Below are positions 39,582 through 50,188 of a stretch of DNA of 64,000 nt, one piece after another. A model generated the notes under the pieces. The model worked only from the letters and a program-made list of their open reading frames with translations, ran no database searches and was not told where the DNA came from. A program made the position numbers and the translations under genes. This stretch comes from Vampirovibrionaceae bacterium NZW_1234 (GTDB lineage: Bacteria; Cyanobacteriota; Vampirovibrionia; Vampirovibrionales; JAGQHJ01): NCBI GenBank assembly GCA_041697335.1, contig JBGUGD010000025.1:96001-160000 (forward strand), given 5' to 3'. How positions within the stretch are numbered: the first letter of the stretch is position 1; every line of letters begins with the position of its first letter.

Positions 39582-39665
39582 CTAAACAGAACTCATTGAC
39601 CCACCGGGAAGTCCGATGAGTACGACAATAATGACGATAATGAGGCTGCTCAGAAAAGGATTCAT
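39582..39665 (-). CDS. ilv operon leader peptide MNPFLSSLIIVIIVVLIGLPGGSMSSV (27 aa)
   Basis: Hand translation gives a run of 10 consecutive Leu/Ile/Val codons, directly upstream of the terminator. Confidence 0.88.
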   Translation of the reverse strand: MNPFLSSLIIVIIVVLIGLPGGSMSSV

Positions 39666-40108
39666 TTGTTTTTTTGTCTCTTATATAGTGAGGGGAATTC
39701 AGGTCCAGCAACTTAGTGTATGAAAAACACTTGCTGGATGTTTACTGACTTTATCATATCTAATTTTGATATTCAACCCTTTACTGTGAATTTTTCCAAA
39801 AACTACGTTACCTAACGTAATGTGGTTTTTGCGGGGCGCTTCCAGTTTTTTAGAGGTGAATCCATCGGAATAGAGAGACTGATAAATTTAGCGCAAGTCT
39901 TCAATGAAGCCCAGAGATATAAATTTTAACTGTCGATGCTGGCCAAAATCCCCAGAGTTCTTATGCCTAGAAGCTAAAGGCCCAAAATTATTTAGATTGT
40001 ATTAACCCCGTTCATGAATTTAGGCTTGTTGTTTTTATGTATATACGTATCGTGTGTGACTCAAACAATGTGTAATGTGTGAGGCTATTGTTTTATAGGA
40101 GGTCTATT

Positions 40109-40516
40109 ATGTTTGGATCTATGGGTGGATTAGGTTCCTCGATGATTGGTGGCGGCTTGAACAATATTATTGGGATGTTTTCTCCCAAAGCAGCCGGCAA
40201 GCGCCGTGAAGCAGAGCAGTTATTGGCCGAAGCATTTCAGAATTACGTAAATGCACCAATCTTCAAAAAAGATGAAGCGATGCGCACACTAATGGCTGTC
40301 ATGGCTATCTTGGGTGGAACCAATAATCGCCAGAATAATTTGCTGGACTTTTTACTCAATGGCAATAACCCGTTTGCCGGTACCTGGAATCAGAACAGGG
40401 GCGGTAATAACTTCGGACTGGATTTTTCGTCAAACAGTATGGGTATTCCCAATAATATGCCCATTGCCGATATCTCTACGACGAGTCCTGTCGCTGGAAC
40501 CAGCACCGGAATGTAA
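40109..40516 (+). CDS. Gly/Met/Asn-rich hypothetical protein, paralog 1
   Basis: AGGAGGT SD before ATG 40109; shares EAxQxYxNAPxxKKxEA and NGxxPFxG with the next gene. Confidence 0.8.
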   Translation: MFGSMGGLGSSMIGGGLNNIIGMFSPKAAGKRREAEQLLAEAFQNYVNAPIFKKDEAMRTLMAVMAILGGTNNRQNNLLDFLLNGNNPFAGTWNQNRGGNNFGLDFSSNSMGIPNNMPIADISTTSPVAGTSTGM

Positions 40517-40582
40517 AATACGGCGGCTCTATCTTCAGCAATCGCCCGTTGGGCTTAATTGAATACTCGGAAAGATGTATTG

Positions 40583-40613
40583 TCGGATTGGGCAAAACAC
40601 TTGCCCAATCCGA
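40583..40613 (+). terminator. Intergenic hairpin (13-bp stem)
   Basis: TCGGATTGGGCAA/TTGCCCAATCCGA. Confidence 0.6.
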
Positions 40614-40674
40614 TCTTTACTGACATGTATCGTATCAACTATGTGTGTGTGAATAAAAAGCTTATGGAGGTCTT

Positions 40675-40983
40675 ATGTGGGATGCAATAAATAGAATGGG
40701 TGGATCCTCACCCATGATGGGAATGGGCGCCTTTGGCGGCCAAGTTAATCCTGAACAGAAATACATGGAAGCCTTACAAAAATATCAGAATGCACCGGAA
40801 GAAAAAAAGGCAGAGGCGTTGGCAAAACTGATTATTGCCATTGAACGTTTGACGGAATTCCAGCAAAACCAAGGCCAGCCAAATATGGGAATAGCCAATG
40901 GCGGCAATAGCCCCTTTGGTGGAATTAATCTGAATCAGGACAATCGGATGTCTACTCAAGGAACCTTCAGTATGATGGGCTAG
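40675..40983 (+). CDS. Gly/Met/Asn-rich hypothetical protein, paralog 2
   Basis: GGAGGT SD; EALQKYQNAPEEKKAEAL, NGGNSPFGG. Confidence 0.8.
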   Translation: MWDAINRMGGSSPMMGMGAFGGQVNPEQKYMEALQKYQNAPEEKKAEALAKLIIAIERLTEFQQNQGQPNMGIANGGNSPFGGINLNQDNRMSTQGTFSMMG

Positions 40984-41012
40984 TTTAAATAAAAGGCAAT
41001 ATTTCACTATCT

Positions 41013-41056
41013 GCGATCCCGTAGGCCATGATGCCCTACGGGATCGCTTGTATTTT
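41013..41056 (+). terminator. Rho-independent terminator
   Basis: GCGATCCCGTAGG/CCTACGGGATCGC followed by TTGTATTTT. Confidence 0.7.
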
Positions 41057-41173
41057 GGGGCACTTTAAAAATTAAATTGCGACACATGTCAAAAGACGCT
41101 ACACTGACATCCGTCGCAGCCAATGAAAACTCTGGCTTCTCTTAAAAAAGAATGAAAAGGGAAAAGAAAGACG

Positions 41174-41869
41174 ATGGTATCAATCTCTTCAATCTCCACA
41201 CGCTCAACCACACAAACAGGTTACAGAACACACCGACCTCGAAACGTAGGGCAAAACGTTGTTTCTCCAACACAGATCCAGAGCTCTCCTTGCTTTGCCG
41301 GGTCGAAAACTCGTTCCGGCCTTCTGGGGATAGGTTTTTTGGCTGCTTTGACAGGGTTGGTCGGATGTCAGACTAAACCCGAGAAAGAACCTCCCGTTTT
41401 GGAGATTCGCTTGGATGACACCACGCTCCCTGGCTTAAGCAACGCCAAAGGCTGGTTTATTCCAACCGTCATGAAGCCGCAGCTCAGTCTGGGAAAAGAT
41501 CGGGTTGTTGAGCTTGTGATTCAAGGAACCATTGATACCAATCAGGTTTCTGATGAAATTAATCGCCATCTGGAAGGCAAATCGATTCACCAGAAAGATT
41601 GGGAAGAGGCCTACTTCAAGGAACTCAAAACCAAAGTCCTGGAGCCTGCCCTTCAAGAGCATTTGAACACGCTTTTGAATGTCGTGCCAAATCCCAATAA
41701 CCTGGATCGGTTTGATGTGTCTCAATTGCTGCAAGATTATCTGAAAGAGCAAACCCGCTTGCCTTTTGTCACACGCCCGAATGACGAAAAAAAGAACCGC
41801 TTGTACTACAAAGGGCTCTACGGCCTTGAGATCAGGGACATAAAAATCATTCCAGTTGTAACCCACTGA
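41174..41869 (+). CDS. Putative lipoprotein with extended N-terminal leader
   Basis: SPCFAG-SKTR-SGLLGIGFLAALTG-LVGC. Confidence 0.72.
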   Translation: MVSISSISTRSTTQTGYRTHRPRNVGQNVVSPTQIQSSPCFAGSKTRSGLLGIGFLAALTGLVGCQTKPEKEPPVLEIRLDDTTLPGLSNAKGWFIPTVMKPQLSLGKDRVVELVIQGTIDTNQVSDEINRHLEGKSIHQKDWEEAYFKELKTKVLEPALQEHLNTLLNVVPNPNNLDRFDVSQLLQDYLKEQTRLPFVTRPNDEKKNRLYYKGLYGLEIRDIKIIPVVTH

Positions 41870-41893
41870 ATAAAAAAAATGAAGCAATAAATT

Positions 41894-41938
41894 AAAATAC
41901 CCTGGCGAAGCTTTTTAATAAAGCATGCCAGGGTATTT
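41894..41938. terminator. Bidirectional terminator
   Basis: AAAATACCCTGGC...GCCAGGGTATTTT between convergent genes. Confidence 0.7.
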
Positions 41939-41956
41939 TTAATGAGACCTAAGGAG

Positions 41957-42421
41957 CTAAGAGGCTCTCAAACGATCCAATGCTTCCTGGTATTGAGCCG
42001 CATGGTGTTTTTCAACGGTTCCCAAGGAACGAAACCGTTTCGCTGCCTTTTTAAAGATATCCGCATGCTCGGCCGATTCCTGGGCTTGTTCCTGGAATTC
42101 CGCAACGGCAGCAGCATCACCTTCTTCGAGTGCGATACGCTCAAATTCGGGATACATATGATTCGTTTCGTATAACTCACCTTCAATAGCCAATTCCAGC
42201 AAACGCTCCACCGTCATTTCCGATTTGGGGTAAATCAAATCCAGGTGGGCAAAGGCATGGCCGGTTTCATGATGAGCGATCGTCTCAAAGAGGGTGGCGA
42301 TCTCTTCATTACCGAGTTCGCGAGCAACCTTGGCAAAGTACAAATATTTCCGATTTGCCATCGATTCTCCGGCAAAGGCCGCTTCAAGGTTTTTCGAGGT
42401 GCGTGTGTCTTTTGTGTTCAT
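41957..42421 (-). CDS. rbr: Rubrerythrin family protein (no rubredoxin domain)
   Basis: NLEAAFAGESMA..KY, ETGHA, GELYE...MYP, ESAEH, EKHHA. Confidence 0.92.
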   Translation of the reverse strand: MNTKDTRTSKNLEAAFAGESMANRKYLYFAKVARELGNEEIATLFETIAHHETGHAFAHLDLIYPKSEMTVERLLELAIEGELYETNHMYPEFERIALEEGDAAAVAEFQEQAQESAEHADIFKKAAKRFRSLGTVEKHHAAQYQEALDRLRAS

Positions 42422-42461
42422 GTTGGATTCCTCCGTGTTGTTCTGATGTGTATGGCCGAGT

Positions 42462-42493
42462 ATAGATATTATCTAATATTGGATTTTGTCTAA
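42462..42493 (-). promoter_or_regulatory. Two Per-box-like palindromes upstream of rubrerythrin
   Basis: ATAGA-TATTA-TCTAA (42462-42476) and TTGGA-TTTTG-TCTAA (42479-42493). Confidence 0.65.
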
Positions 42494-42534
42494 ATAAAAG
42501 GTAAAAAAATTTGATGCTGATTTAGCGTGAAGGG

Positions 42535-42948
42535 CTAAGTAGCAACCTGTCCATAGAAAGTCACCTGGTATGCTTCCATCTTAAAAGGCTTATCCAATTG
42601 GAAGGAAATGGCGTTGACCACTTCGTGGGGCAGATCATAAATGCGACCGTCAGCTTTGTTTACAAAATGATGATGTTTTTCCAGATTTGCATCATAACGG
42701 ACACGCCCGGCCTCAATGGCAATTTCATCGATAACACCAGCCTCATGAAGCGTATTTAGGGTGTTATAGACCGTTGCACGAGACATTTTAACAGGCAACT
42801 TGTCTTCAACGGCAGCCATCACCTGATCCGCGGTAGGATGATCTTCCGTACCCATCAGGTACTCCAGAATCACGACGCGTTGGGGTGTGGGTTTCACACC
42901 AAATCGGGATAATCGTTGCTCAGCGGATTCAATCATGGTTTCAGTCAC
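42535..42948 (-). CDS. perR: Fur-family regulator (PerR-like)
   Basis: TPQR, HPTA, SRATVYNTL, RYD...HHHF; adjacent to rubrerythrin. Confidence 0.85.
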   Translation of the reverse strand: MTETMIESAEQRLSRFGVKPTPQRVVILEYLMGTEDHPTADQVMAAVEDKLPVKMSRATVYNTLNTLHEAGVIDEIAIEAGRVRYDANLEKHHHFVNKADGRIYDLPHEVVNAISFQLDKPFKMEAYQVTFYGQVAT

Positions 42949-42965
42949 TTATTCTGTTTACATAT

Positions 42966-42980
42966 TTAGAATAAGTCTAA
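42966..42980 (-). promoter_or_regulatory. Per-box-like palindrome upstream of perR
   Basis: TTAGA-ATAAG-TCTAA. Confidence 0.65.
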
Positions 42981-43017
42981 TTGTTGTATTTGTCAACCCT
43001 GGTGTAATCAGAATAAA

Positions 43018-43518
43018 TTACTTGGACCAAGGGAATCGTAGCCCCTTAAGCCAAGCAATTAACCCTTTAGGCTTAGGCTTTTCATCGGGTAACACCAGCT
43101 TTTGTCCGTCAGGAAAGAATTTCTTGTATTGGTCATCGATATACGTCTTGGCTCGGGAGAAGTCATCCTTTGTTTCGACCTTAAAATCTCCATGATAATT
43201 AATTTGTCCGGCACCAACCATCGTTTTGCCCGTCTGAAAGACAGCATTGACCATTAAAAAACGAAATGCATCCCAGACGATTTCACGGGCAACCTCATCG
43301 TGCTTGTCATAGGTCGCAAAGGCAACACCCTTGGATTGTGGCAGTATCCGACTGTAAACTTTGTCTTTTCCAATCTCGGACTCCAGCGCATTGACGATCT
43401 GCCCTGCAAATTGGTTGTGCTGCTCTTGATTCGCCTCATCAAAGGGCAGCGGTACGTGATACAGACTCTTAAACCGTAGTGGACTTGAAAGAGAGTTGGC
43501 CGTCATTGAAGCTCGCAT
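43018..43518 (-). CDS. Hypothetical protein (PLRFKS leader, amphipathic C-terminus)
   Basis: GGGAG SD before ATG at 43518; the ORF track starts at 43545. Confidence 0.75.
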   Translation of the reverse strand: MRASMTANSLSSPLRFKSLYHVPLPFDEANQEQHNQFAGQIVNALESEIGKDKVYSRILPQSKGVAFATYDKHDEVAREIVWDAFRFLMVNAVFQTGKTMVGAGQINYHGDFKVETKDDFSRAKTYIDDQYKKFFPDGQKLVLPDEKPKPKGLIAWLKGLRFPWSK

Positions 43519-43584
43519 AAAACACACTCCCACGATGTAACCCATGATGGGTTTACTTTAGCGAAAAAAAAGGTCAGTTACAAA

Positions 43585-43617
43585 GTCTCCGTACGCGCAA
43601 ATTGCGCGTACGGAGAC
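43585..43617. repeat. Perfect palindrome, copy 1 of CCGT-N5-CAAATTG-N5-ACGG; may also terminate ilvD
   Basis: GTCTCCGTACGCGCAA-A-TTGCGCGTACGGAGAC. Confidence 0.75.
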
Positions 43618-43654
43618 GGGTTTAAAATCATGTTTGAGACGTGTTCAACCCAAT

Positions 43655-45361
43655 TCAGGCATGGACGTTGCTGGGAACTTGGCCGGGATGGGTCACGGCC
43701 CCTTCGGCTGCAGAACCCACGAGTTGAACGTACTTGTAAAGGGCGCCGGAAGTATATTTCAGAGGCGGCTGAGCCCATTCGGTCCGACGACAATCCAGTT
43801 CCATGTCATCGACTTCCAGCGACAGGACACCCTCATGAGCATCCACCAAAATAATATCGCCATCCTTGACGAGGGCAATCGGACCCCCGACAAAGGCTTC
43901 CGGACTCACGTGACCGATCATCAGCCCGCGTGTGGCACCACTGAAGCGACCATCGGTCAATAAAGCCACTTTATCACCCAGATTCTGGCCGTACAGGGCT
44001 GCGGTGACACTCAGCATTTCCCGCATCCCCGGCCCGCCTTTGGGACCTTCATAGCGGATGATGACCGTATCTCCAGCCTGAATCTGTTGTTGCTGAATCG
44101 CCGCAAAACAAGCTTCTTCACTATCAAAGACTTTGGCAGGCCCGCGATGAATCTTATTTTTTAATCCGGCAACTTTGACTACCGCCCCATCCGGCGCCAG
44201 ATTCCCGAACAGAATTTTTAAACCGCCCGTGGGACTTAGCGGGTGGCTTGGCGAGAGCACCACATCCTGATTGGGCGGCAACGTGACATTGGCCAGATTC
44301 TCTGCCATGGTACGTCCTGTCACGGTCAAACAATCTCCATGCAGGAGCCCGGCATCCAATAAGGCTTTCAGAATCACGGGAACTCCGCCGATTTCAAAGA
44401 GATCGTTCATCACATAGCGACCGCCGGGTTTGAGATCCACAAAGTAGGGAGTATCGTTAAACAGCCGCTCAATCTCATCCAGGGTCAACTCAAGTCCAAC
44501 TTCTCGGGCAATGGCCGGCAAGTGAAGAATGGTATTGGTAGAGCCGCCGGTGGCCGCAACCACGCGAATGGCATTCTCAAAAGCCTTGCGGGTCATGATA
44601 TCTCGTGGACGAATATTATCATGCAACAGGCGCATCACGGCATCACCACAGGCCATATTGATGGCCTTACGTTCAGGGTGAATGGCAGGGTATCCGCTGC
44701 TACCCGGTAAAGCCAGGCCCATAGCTTCAGCGACACAGGCCATGGTATTTGCCGTAAACTGACCACCGCAAGAACCGGCTCCGGGACAGGCGTTACATTC
44801 AATGGCATACAGCTCTTCATCGGAGATTTGCCCGGTGGCATGGGCTCCAACCGCTTCATAAACATCCTGAACCGTTAAGTCTTTACCGTTCAAGCTTCCC
44901 GGCATGATGGTTCCACCATATAGAAATACGGAAGGCACGTTCAAACGACCCATAGCCATCATCATGCCCGGCAGACTTTTGTCACAGCCAGCCACACCGA
45001 CCAAGGCATCGTACCCATGGGCATGCATCACCAATTCTACCGAGTCGGCAATGATATCCCGGCTAATCAGAGACGCCTTCATGCCTTCATGCCCCATGGC
45101 AATCCCGTCACTGACGGAAATGGCGGTAAACTCTCGAGGTACACCACCTGCCTGATTCACCCCATCCTTGATGAAGGCTGCTTGATCGCGGAGGGTAATA
45201 TTACACGGGGTCACTTCGTTCCATGTGGTTGCCACTCCAATCAAGGGCTTGTTAAAATCCTCATCCTGCAGTCCCATGGCACGGTAAAAAGCCCGGTGTG
45301 GGGCTCTGCTAGGACCTTCCAGGGTAATACGGCTCTTGTGTCGCATATCAGGATGAGTCAT
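43655..45361 (-). CDS. ilvD: Dihydroxy-acid dehydratase
   Basis: [48 protein letters not shown]. Confidence 0.97.
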   Translation of the reverse strand: MTHPDMRHKSRITLEGPSRAPHRAFYRAMGLQDEDFNKPLIGVATTWNEVTPCNITLRDQAAFIKDGVNQAGGVPREFTAISVSDGIAMGHEGMKASLISRDIIADSVELVMHAHGYDALVGVAGCDKSLPGMMMAMGRLNVPSVFLYGGTIMPGSLNGKDLTVQDVYEAVGAHATGQISDEELYAIECNACPGAGSCGGQFTANTMACVAEAMGLALPGSSGYPAIHPERKAINMACGDAVMRLLHDNIRPRDIMTRKAFENAIRVVAATGGSTNTILHLPAIAREVGLELTLDEIERLFNDTPYFVDLKPGGRYVMNDLFEIGGVPVILKALLDAGLLHGDCLTVTGRTMAENLANVTLPPNQDVVLSPSHPLSPTGGLKILFGNLAPDGAVVKVAGLKNKIHRGPAKVFDSEEACFAAIQQQQIQAGDTVIIRYEGPKGGPGMREMLSVTAALYGQNLGDKVALLTDGRFSGATRGLMIGHVSPEAFVGGPIALVKDGDIILVDAHEGVLSLEVDDMELDCRRTEWAQPPLKYTSGALYKYVQLVGSAAEGAVTHPGQVPSNVHA

Positions 45362-45411
45362 TGTCTTGCTTTCCTTTAGTCGATGGATAATGAGTACTTA
45401 CTGAAACATCG

Positions 45412-48400
45412 TTATTGTACGGGCTGAGCCACCTTTTGGGGCAAGTTCAGATAAGACTGAAGACTGCGGACATCAAAGCCGCGGGACTTGATACCTGCAA
45501 TCGCATCGGCCATGGCCTTGGCCCCCGAAATGGTGGTTGCCGATGGAATATTCTGCAAAATAGCCGCTTTACGGATATACGAGTCATCCGTTAGTGCCTC
45601 TTCCCCAATAGGCGTATTAATCACCAGTTGGACTTCTCCATTGAGGATCAGCTCTTCGGAATGAGGCGAGCCTTCGTGTTTTTTATTGATGGTCTTGACT
45701 GGAATGCCGGCATCTTGGAGGTATTTTGCCGTTCCTCCCGTTGCCACGATGGAAAAACCCAGCGCATGATAGGCCTGGGCCACGGACAGAGCCTCTGGCT
45801 TATCGGTATCATTGACACTCATAAAGATCTGGCCGCTCAACGGAAGAGTGTTTCCAGCGCCCACTTGGGCTTTGGCAAAAGCCAAATCAAAGGATTCATC
45901 AATCCCCATCACTTCACCGGTACTGCGCATTTCCGGACCCAACTTGGGATCAGAGTCTTTAAACTTGATAAAGGGGAATACAGGGACTTTAACCGCCACA
46001 TGCGAGGGAGGCGTATAGTCTTTGGGGACGACATCCTTCAGCGACTCCCCGAGCATAATGCGGGTCGCCATCTGAATCAAAGGAAGCCCGGTTGCCTTGC
46101 AGACAAAGGGCACTGTCCGACTGGCTCTGGGATTCACTTCCAGGACATAGAGCTTGTTATTTTGGATGGCAAACTGGATGTTGAGCAACCCTTTAATACC
46201 AATGGCAATGGCCAACTGTTCGGTAACCCGGGTAATTTCATCCAGAATATCGGATGAGAGGGTTTGGGGTGGCCATACACAGGCACTGTCACCACTATGA
46301 ACCCCAGCGTGTTCGATGTGTTCCAGAATGGCACCCATAAAAATCCCGGTCCCATCGGAAACGGCATCCACATCCACTTCTTTGGCCGACTCCAGAAAAC
46401 GCTCGATCAGGACGGGAAAATCGGGTTCAACCCGGATAACATTGGAGAGATATTGTTTCAGACTGGTTTCACTATAGAAGATCCGCATAGCCTGACCGCC
46501 CAGTACATAACTGGGGCGAGCGATTAAGGGAAAGCCGATCTCACGGGCCACTGCCACGGCTTGTTCTTCCGAAAACGCAATGCCGGATTCCGGTTTATGC
46601 AGACCTAAACCGGAGAGAATCTGAACAAACTTATCCCGATCTTCTGCCGCATCAATGCTATCAATGGAGGTCCCCAAAATGGCGATATCTTGGTGTTGAA
46701 GTGCATAGGCCAGTTTTAACGGGGTTTGGCCGCCCAATTGGGCAATCACCCCGCGGGGATCCGTATTGCCATCCACAGTATGACGTTCCTGCTCCAGAAT
46801 GGCCATAACATTCTCCGGCGTCATGGGCTCAAAGTATAAGCGAGAACTAATATCATAATCTGTGGACACCGTCTCCGGATTCGAGTTTACCATAATAGCC
46901 TGATAGCCAAGCGTCTGAAGGGTGAAGGCGGCATGCACACAACAATAATCGAATTCAATCCCCTGGCCTATCCGGTTGGGGCCACCTCCTAGAATAACGA
47001 CGGGTTTGGCATCGGTAACTTCAGCAAGAACTTCGTTTTCATCGCCATCATAGGTCGAGTAGAAATACGGGGTCTCGGCCTGGAACTCCCCTGCACAGGT
47101 ATCCACGGACTTAAAGACAGGGACAATGCCATGTTGCTTACGATAGCCCTCGACCGTCAGGCCCGTCTTGTCTTCAAGGTTTAACAGAGTGGTAATTTGG
47201 CGATCGCTGAACCCCTGTTCCTTGGCTTTTCGAAGCAGGGATAAGGGCAGTGAATCCAGTGTATTATATTGAGCCAAAGCTTTTTCGGTCTGAAGGATCT
47301 CCCTGAAGTTTTCCAGAAACCAGGGGTCTATACCGGTCAATTGATAGATCTGCGGCACGGAAATCCCATCTTGTAACGCCTGGTAGATCCAGCGAAGGCG
47401 ATCGGGCGATGTCCGAGCCAGACGCTCCAGGTGGGCTTCCTTGCTGATATGGGCCGGCGGGAAGTGAAAACCGTCCACGCCGACTTCGAGACCTCGAAGG
47501 GCTTTCTGGAAGGATTCTTGGAATGTCCGTCCGATGGCCATCACTTCACCCACGGACTTCATCTGGGGGGACAAATCGTCTTTGCTGCCCGGAAATTTCT
47601 CAAAGGAGAAGCGGGGAATTTTGGTCACGACATAATCGATGGCAGGCTCGAAGGAAGCCGGCGTACTGCGGGTAATATCATTCTGAATTTCATCCAGGGT
47701 AAACCCAACGGCAAGCTTGGCAGAAATTTTGGCAATGGGAACTCCGGTTGCCTTACTCACCAGGGCCGAACTGCGAGAAACTCGAGGGTTCATCTCAATT
47801 ACCACGACACGGCCGGTCTTCGGCTGGACGGCAAACTGAATGTTACACCCACCGGCATCCACACCCACGGCACGGATAATGGCAATGGAGGCGTCTCTGA
47901 GTAAGTGATATTCTTTGTCCGAGAGGGTCTGGGCAGGTGCCACGGTAATGCTGTCTCCGGTATGAACACCCATAGGGTCCACGTTTTCAACGCTACAGAC
48001 AATAACCACGTTGTCCTTGGCGTCTCGCATTACCTCAAATTCATACTCTTTCCAGCCCAAGGCACTTTCTTCCAGCAGAATCTGGTTGATGGGGGATTGA
48101 TCCAACCCATGCGTGACCAGTGGCTCCAGCTCTTCGGGGGTATGGACAATGGCCCCGCCGGATCCACCCAGGGTGAAAGCAGGACGGATAATAACAGGGT
48201 AGCCAAGTTCGGCAACAACATCCTGGGCTTCCGCCAAACTACTGACCGTCTCGGACCGAAGCATTCCCAGGCCCACTTTTTTCACAATGTCTTTAAAGGC
48301 ATCCCGATCCTCGGCGGCATGAATCGCTTCGAATTTAGCCCCAATCAATTCAACATCGAAGCGATCGAGGACACCGTTTTCGTGAAGGCTAAAAGCAATA

Positions 48401-48690
48401 TTCAAAGCCGTCTGGCCACCCATCGTCGGCAAGATAGCATCCGGACGTTCTTTCTTGATGATCTGAGCGACGATATCCGGTGTGATAGGCTCAATATACG
48501 TTGCATGTGCCAGATTAGGATCCGTCATGATGGTGGCCGGGTTAGAGTTAATGAGAATTACCTCATACCCTTCTTCCTGTAAGGCCCGGCAGGCTTGGGA
48601 ACCGGAGTAGTCAAACTCGCATGCCTGACCAATGACAATAGGGCCAGCGCCAATAATCAAAATTCGTCGGATATCAGTACGTTTGGGCAT
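45412..48690 (-). CDS. carB: Carbamoyl-phosphate synthase large subunit
   Basis: [44 protein letters not shown]-like tail. Confidence 0.98.
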   Translation of the reverse strand: MPKRTDIRRILIIGAGPIVIGQACEFDYSGSQACRALQEEGYEVILINSNPATIMTDPNLAHATYIEPITPDIVAQIIKKERPDAILPTMGGQTALNIAFSLHENGVLDRFDVELIGAKFEAIHAAEDRDAFKDIVKKVGLGMLRSETVSSLAEAQDVVAELGYPVIIRPAFTLGGSGGAIVHTPEELEPLVTHGLDQSPINQILLEESALGWKEYEFEVMRDAKDNVVIVCSVENVDPMGVHTGDSITVAPAQTLSDKEYHLLRDASIAIIRAVGVDAGGCNIQFAVQPKTGRVVVIEMNPRVSRSSALVSKATGVPIAKISAKLAVGFTLDEIQNDITRSTPASFEPAIDYVVTKIPRFSFEKFPGSKDDLSPQMKSVGEVMAIGRTFQESFQKALRGLEVGVDGFHFPPAHISKEAHLERLARTSPDRLRWIYQALQDGISVPQIYQLTGIDPWFLENFREILQTEKALAQYNTLDSLPLSLLRKAKEQGFSDRQITTLLNLEDKTGLTVEGYRKQHGIVPVFKSVDTCAGEFQAETPYFYSTYDGDENEVLAEVTDAKPVVILGGGPNRIGQGIEFDYCCVHAAFTLQTLGYQAIMVNSNPETVSTDYDISSRLYFEPMTPENVMAILEQERHTVDGNTDPRGVIAQLGGQTPLKLAYALQHQDIAILGTSIDSIDAAEDRDKFVQILSGLGLHKPESGIAFSEEQAVAVAREIGFPLIARPSYVLGGQAMRIFYSETSLKQYLSNVIRVEPDFPVLIERFLESAKEVDVDAVSDGTGIFMGAILEHIEHAGVHSGDSACVWPPQTLSSDILDEITRVTEQLAIAIGIKGLLNIQFAIQNNKLYVLEVNPRASRTVPFVCKATGLPLIQMATRIMLGESLKDVVPKDYTPPSHVAVKVPVFPFIKFKDSDPKLGPEMRSTGEVMGIDESFDLAFAKAQVGAGNTLPLSGQIFMSVNDTDKPEALSVAQAYHALGFSIVATGGTAKYLQDAGIPVKTINKKHEGSPHSEELILNGEVQLVINTPIGEEALTDDSYIRKAAILQNIPSATTISGAKAMADAIAGIKSRGFDVRSLQSYLNLPQKVAQPVQ

Positions 48691-48917
48691 AGTATCAATA
48701 AACTCTCTTAGGTTGATGCAGGTTTTTAGCGGAGGTAGAGGGTTTCTTTCCTGTTGACCATATCTGTAGGAAAATAAATTCAGGGTTCTTCAAAAGATTG
48801 CCGGAAGGACCATTTCATACTAGTCTATCCCAAACACAGTTGGTTTCGCCAAGACATTCTTCAGAACAGACCTCGCTACACGCATCCACATTGTCCCACA
48901 TAGGAGTTTTTTCGACC

Positions 48918-50048
48918 ATGAGTTTCGATGCAAAGAGCCCCGCAAAGCTAATGTTGGAAGACGGACACGTTTTTCACGGCCAAGCTATAGGTGTTCCTGG
49001 GACAACCTTTGGGGAACTCGTCTTTAATACCTCGGCTACGGGCTACCAGGAGGTTCTCACAGACCCCAGCTATCGGGGTCAGATTGTGTTGATGACCTAT
49101 CCTGAAATAGGGAACTATGGCGTCAATCCGGAAGATTACGAATCTTCCCAGATTCACGTGGCAGGCTTCGTGGTAAAGCGTTTAAGCCCCTATACCAGTT
49201 CCTGGCGGGCCCAAATTTCGCTTCAGGAATTCTTATACCGCAATGCCATTGTGGGCATTGAGGGCATTGATACACGAGCCCTGACACGGATTGTCCGGGA
49301 CTATGGTGCCATGAAGGCGGGGATTACCACTGGGAATATCTCCGATGAGGATTTCCTGAAGCAGGTTAAAGCACAGCCTTCGCTTGCCGAGCAGGACTTG
49401 GTGGGGATTGTTAGCACCCCGAAAAAGATGACCTATGAGCAAAACCTTCAGGTGCTCCACGATATGCACCTGAATCGGATGGTTTTGGTCGATTATGGCG
49501 TCAAGCAAAGCATTGTGGATTATCTGAGAGTCTTCGTCAAAACGCTGGTCATTTTGCCATCGGACAGTACCTATGACGATGTAATTGCTCAACAGCCCGA
49601 TGCAGTGTTACTTTCTAACGGCCCTGGAGACCCAACAGTTATGACTGGGGCTGTTGAGATGGCCCGTGAGCTTATTCACTCGAATATTCCTACGTTTGGC
49701 ATCTGTTTGGGACACCAGATTTTGGCGTTGGCTTGTGGTGCAAAAGTCGAGAAAATGAAATTCGGCCATCATGGCGGAAACCATCCGGTAAAGGATCTGG
49801 AAACCGGTCAGATAACCATTACCAGTCAAAACCACGGTTACGCCGTATCCCCGGATTCCGTGCCCGAGGATGCCATGATCATTACCCACATCAATCTCAA
49901 CGATCATTCCGTGGAAGGGTTTCGTCACAAAAATAAACCTGTCAGCAGCGTCCAGTTCCACCCTGAGGCCAGTCCCGGCCCCCACGACACCCGCTACCTC
50001 TTCCGCCACTTTATCGCTCAAGCCTTAGCACAGTCTGAATTAGTTTAG
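48918..50048 (+). CDS. carA: Carbamoyl-phosphate synthase small subunit
   Basis: GELVFNT..TGYQE..TDPSY, SNGPGDP, GICLGHQ, QFHPEASPGP; AGGAG SD before ATG 48918. Confidence 0.97.
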   Translation: MSFDAKSPAKLMLEDGHVFHGQAIGVPGTTFGELVFNTSATGYQEVLTDPSYRGQIVLMTYPEIGNYGVNPEDYESSQIHVAGFVVKRLSPYTSSWRAQISLQEFLYRNAIVGIEGIDTRALTRIVRDYGAMKAGITTGNISDEDFLKQVKAQPSLAEQDLVGIVSTPKKMTYEQNLQVLHDMHLNRMVLVDYGVKQSIVDYLRVFVKTLVILPSDSTYDDVIAQQPDAVLLSNGPGDPTVMTGAVEMARELIHSNIPTFGICLGHQILALACGAKVEKMKFGHHGGNHPVKDLETGQITITSQNHGYAVSPDSVPEDAMIITHINLNDHSVEGFRHKNKPVSSVQFHPEASPGPHDTRYLFRHFIAQALAQSELV

Positions 50049-50188
50049 GTATAAGAGATTTATGCGAGTTCATGACAGATGGACTGTCGCTAAGCCATAA
50101 TCCGCAGTGAACTACTGCAACTGCATCATTTGCTCACCAACAAAAAATTATATAATTTTCAAGGAAATACTAAATAAGTTAGGATTTT

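Noticed and set aside
39523..39711. 62-aa minus-strand ORF in the ORF track
   Set aside because: It runs through the terminator; the Ile/Val/Leu leader peptide in another frame explains the region
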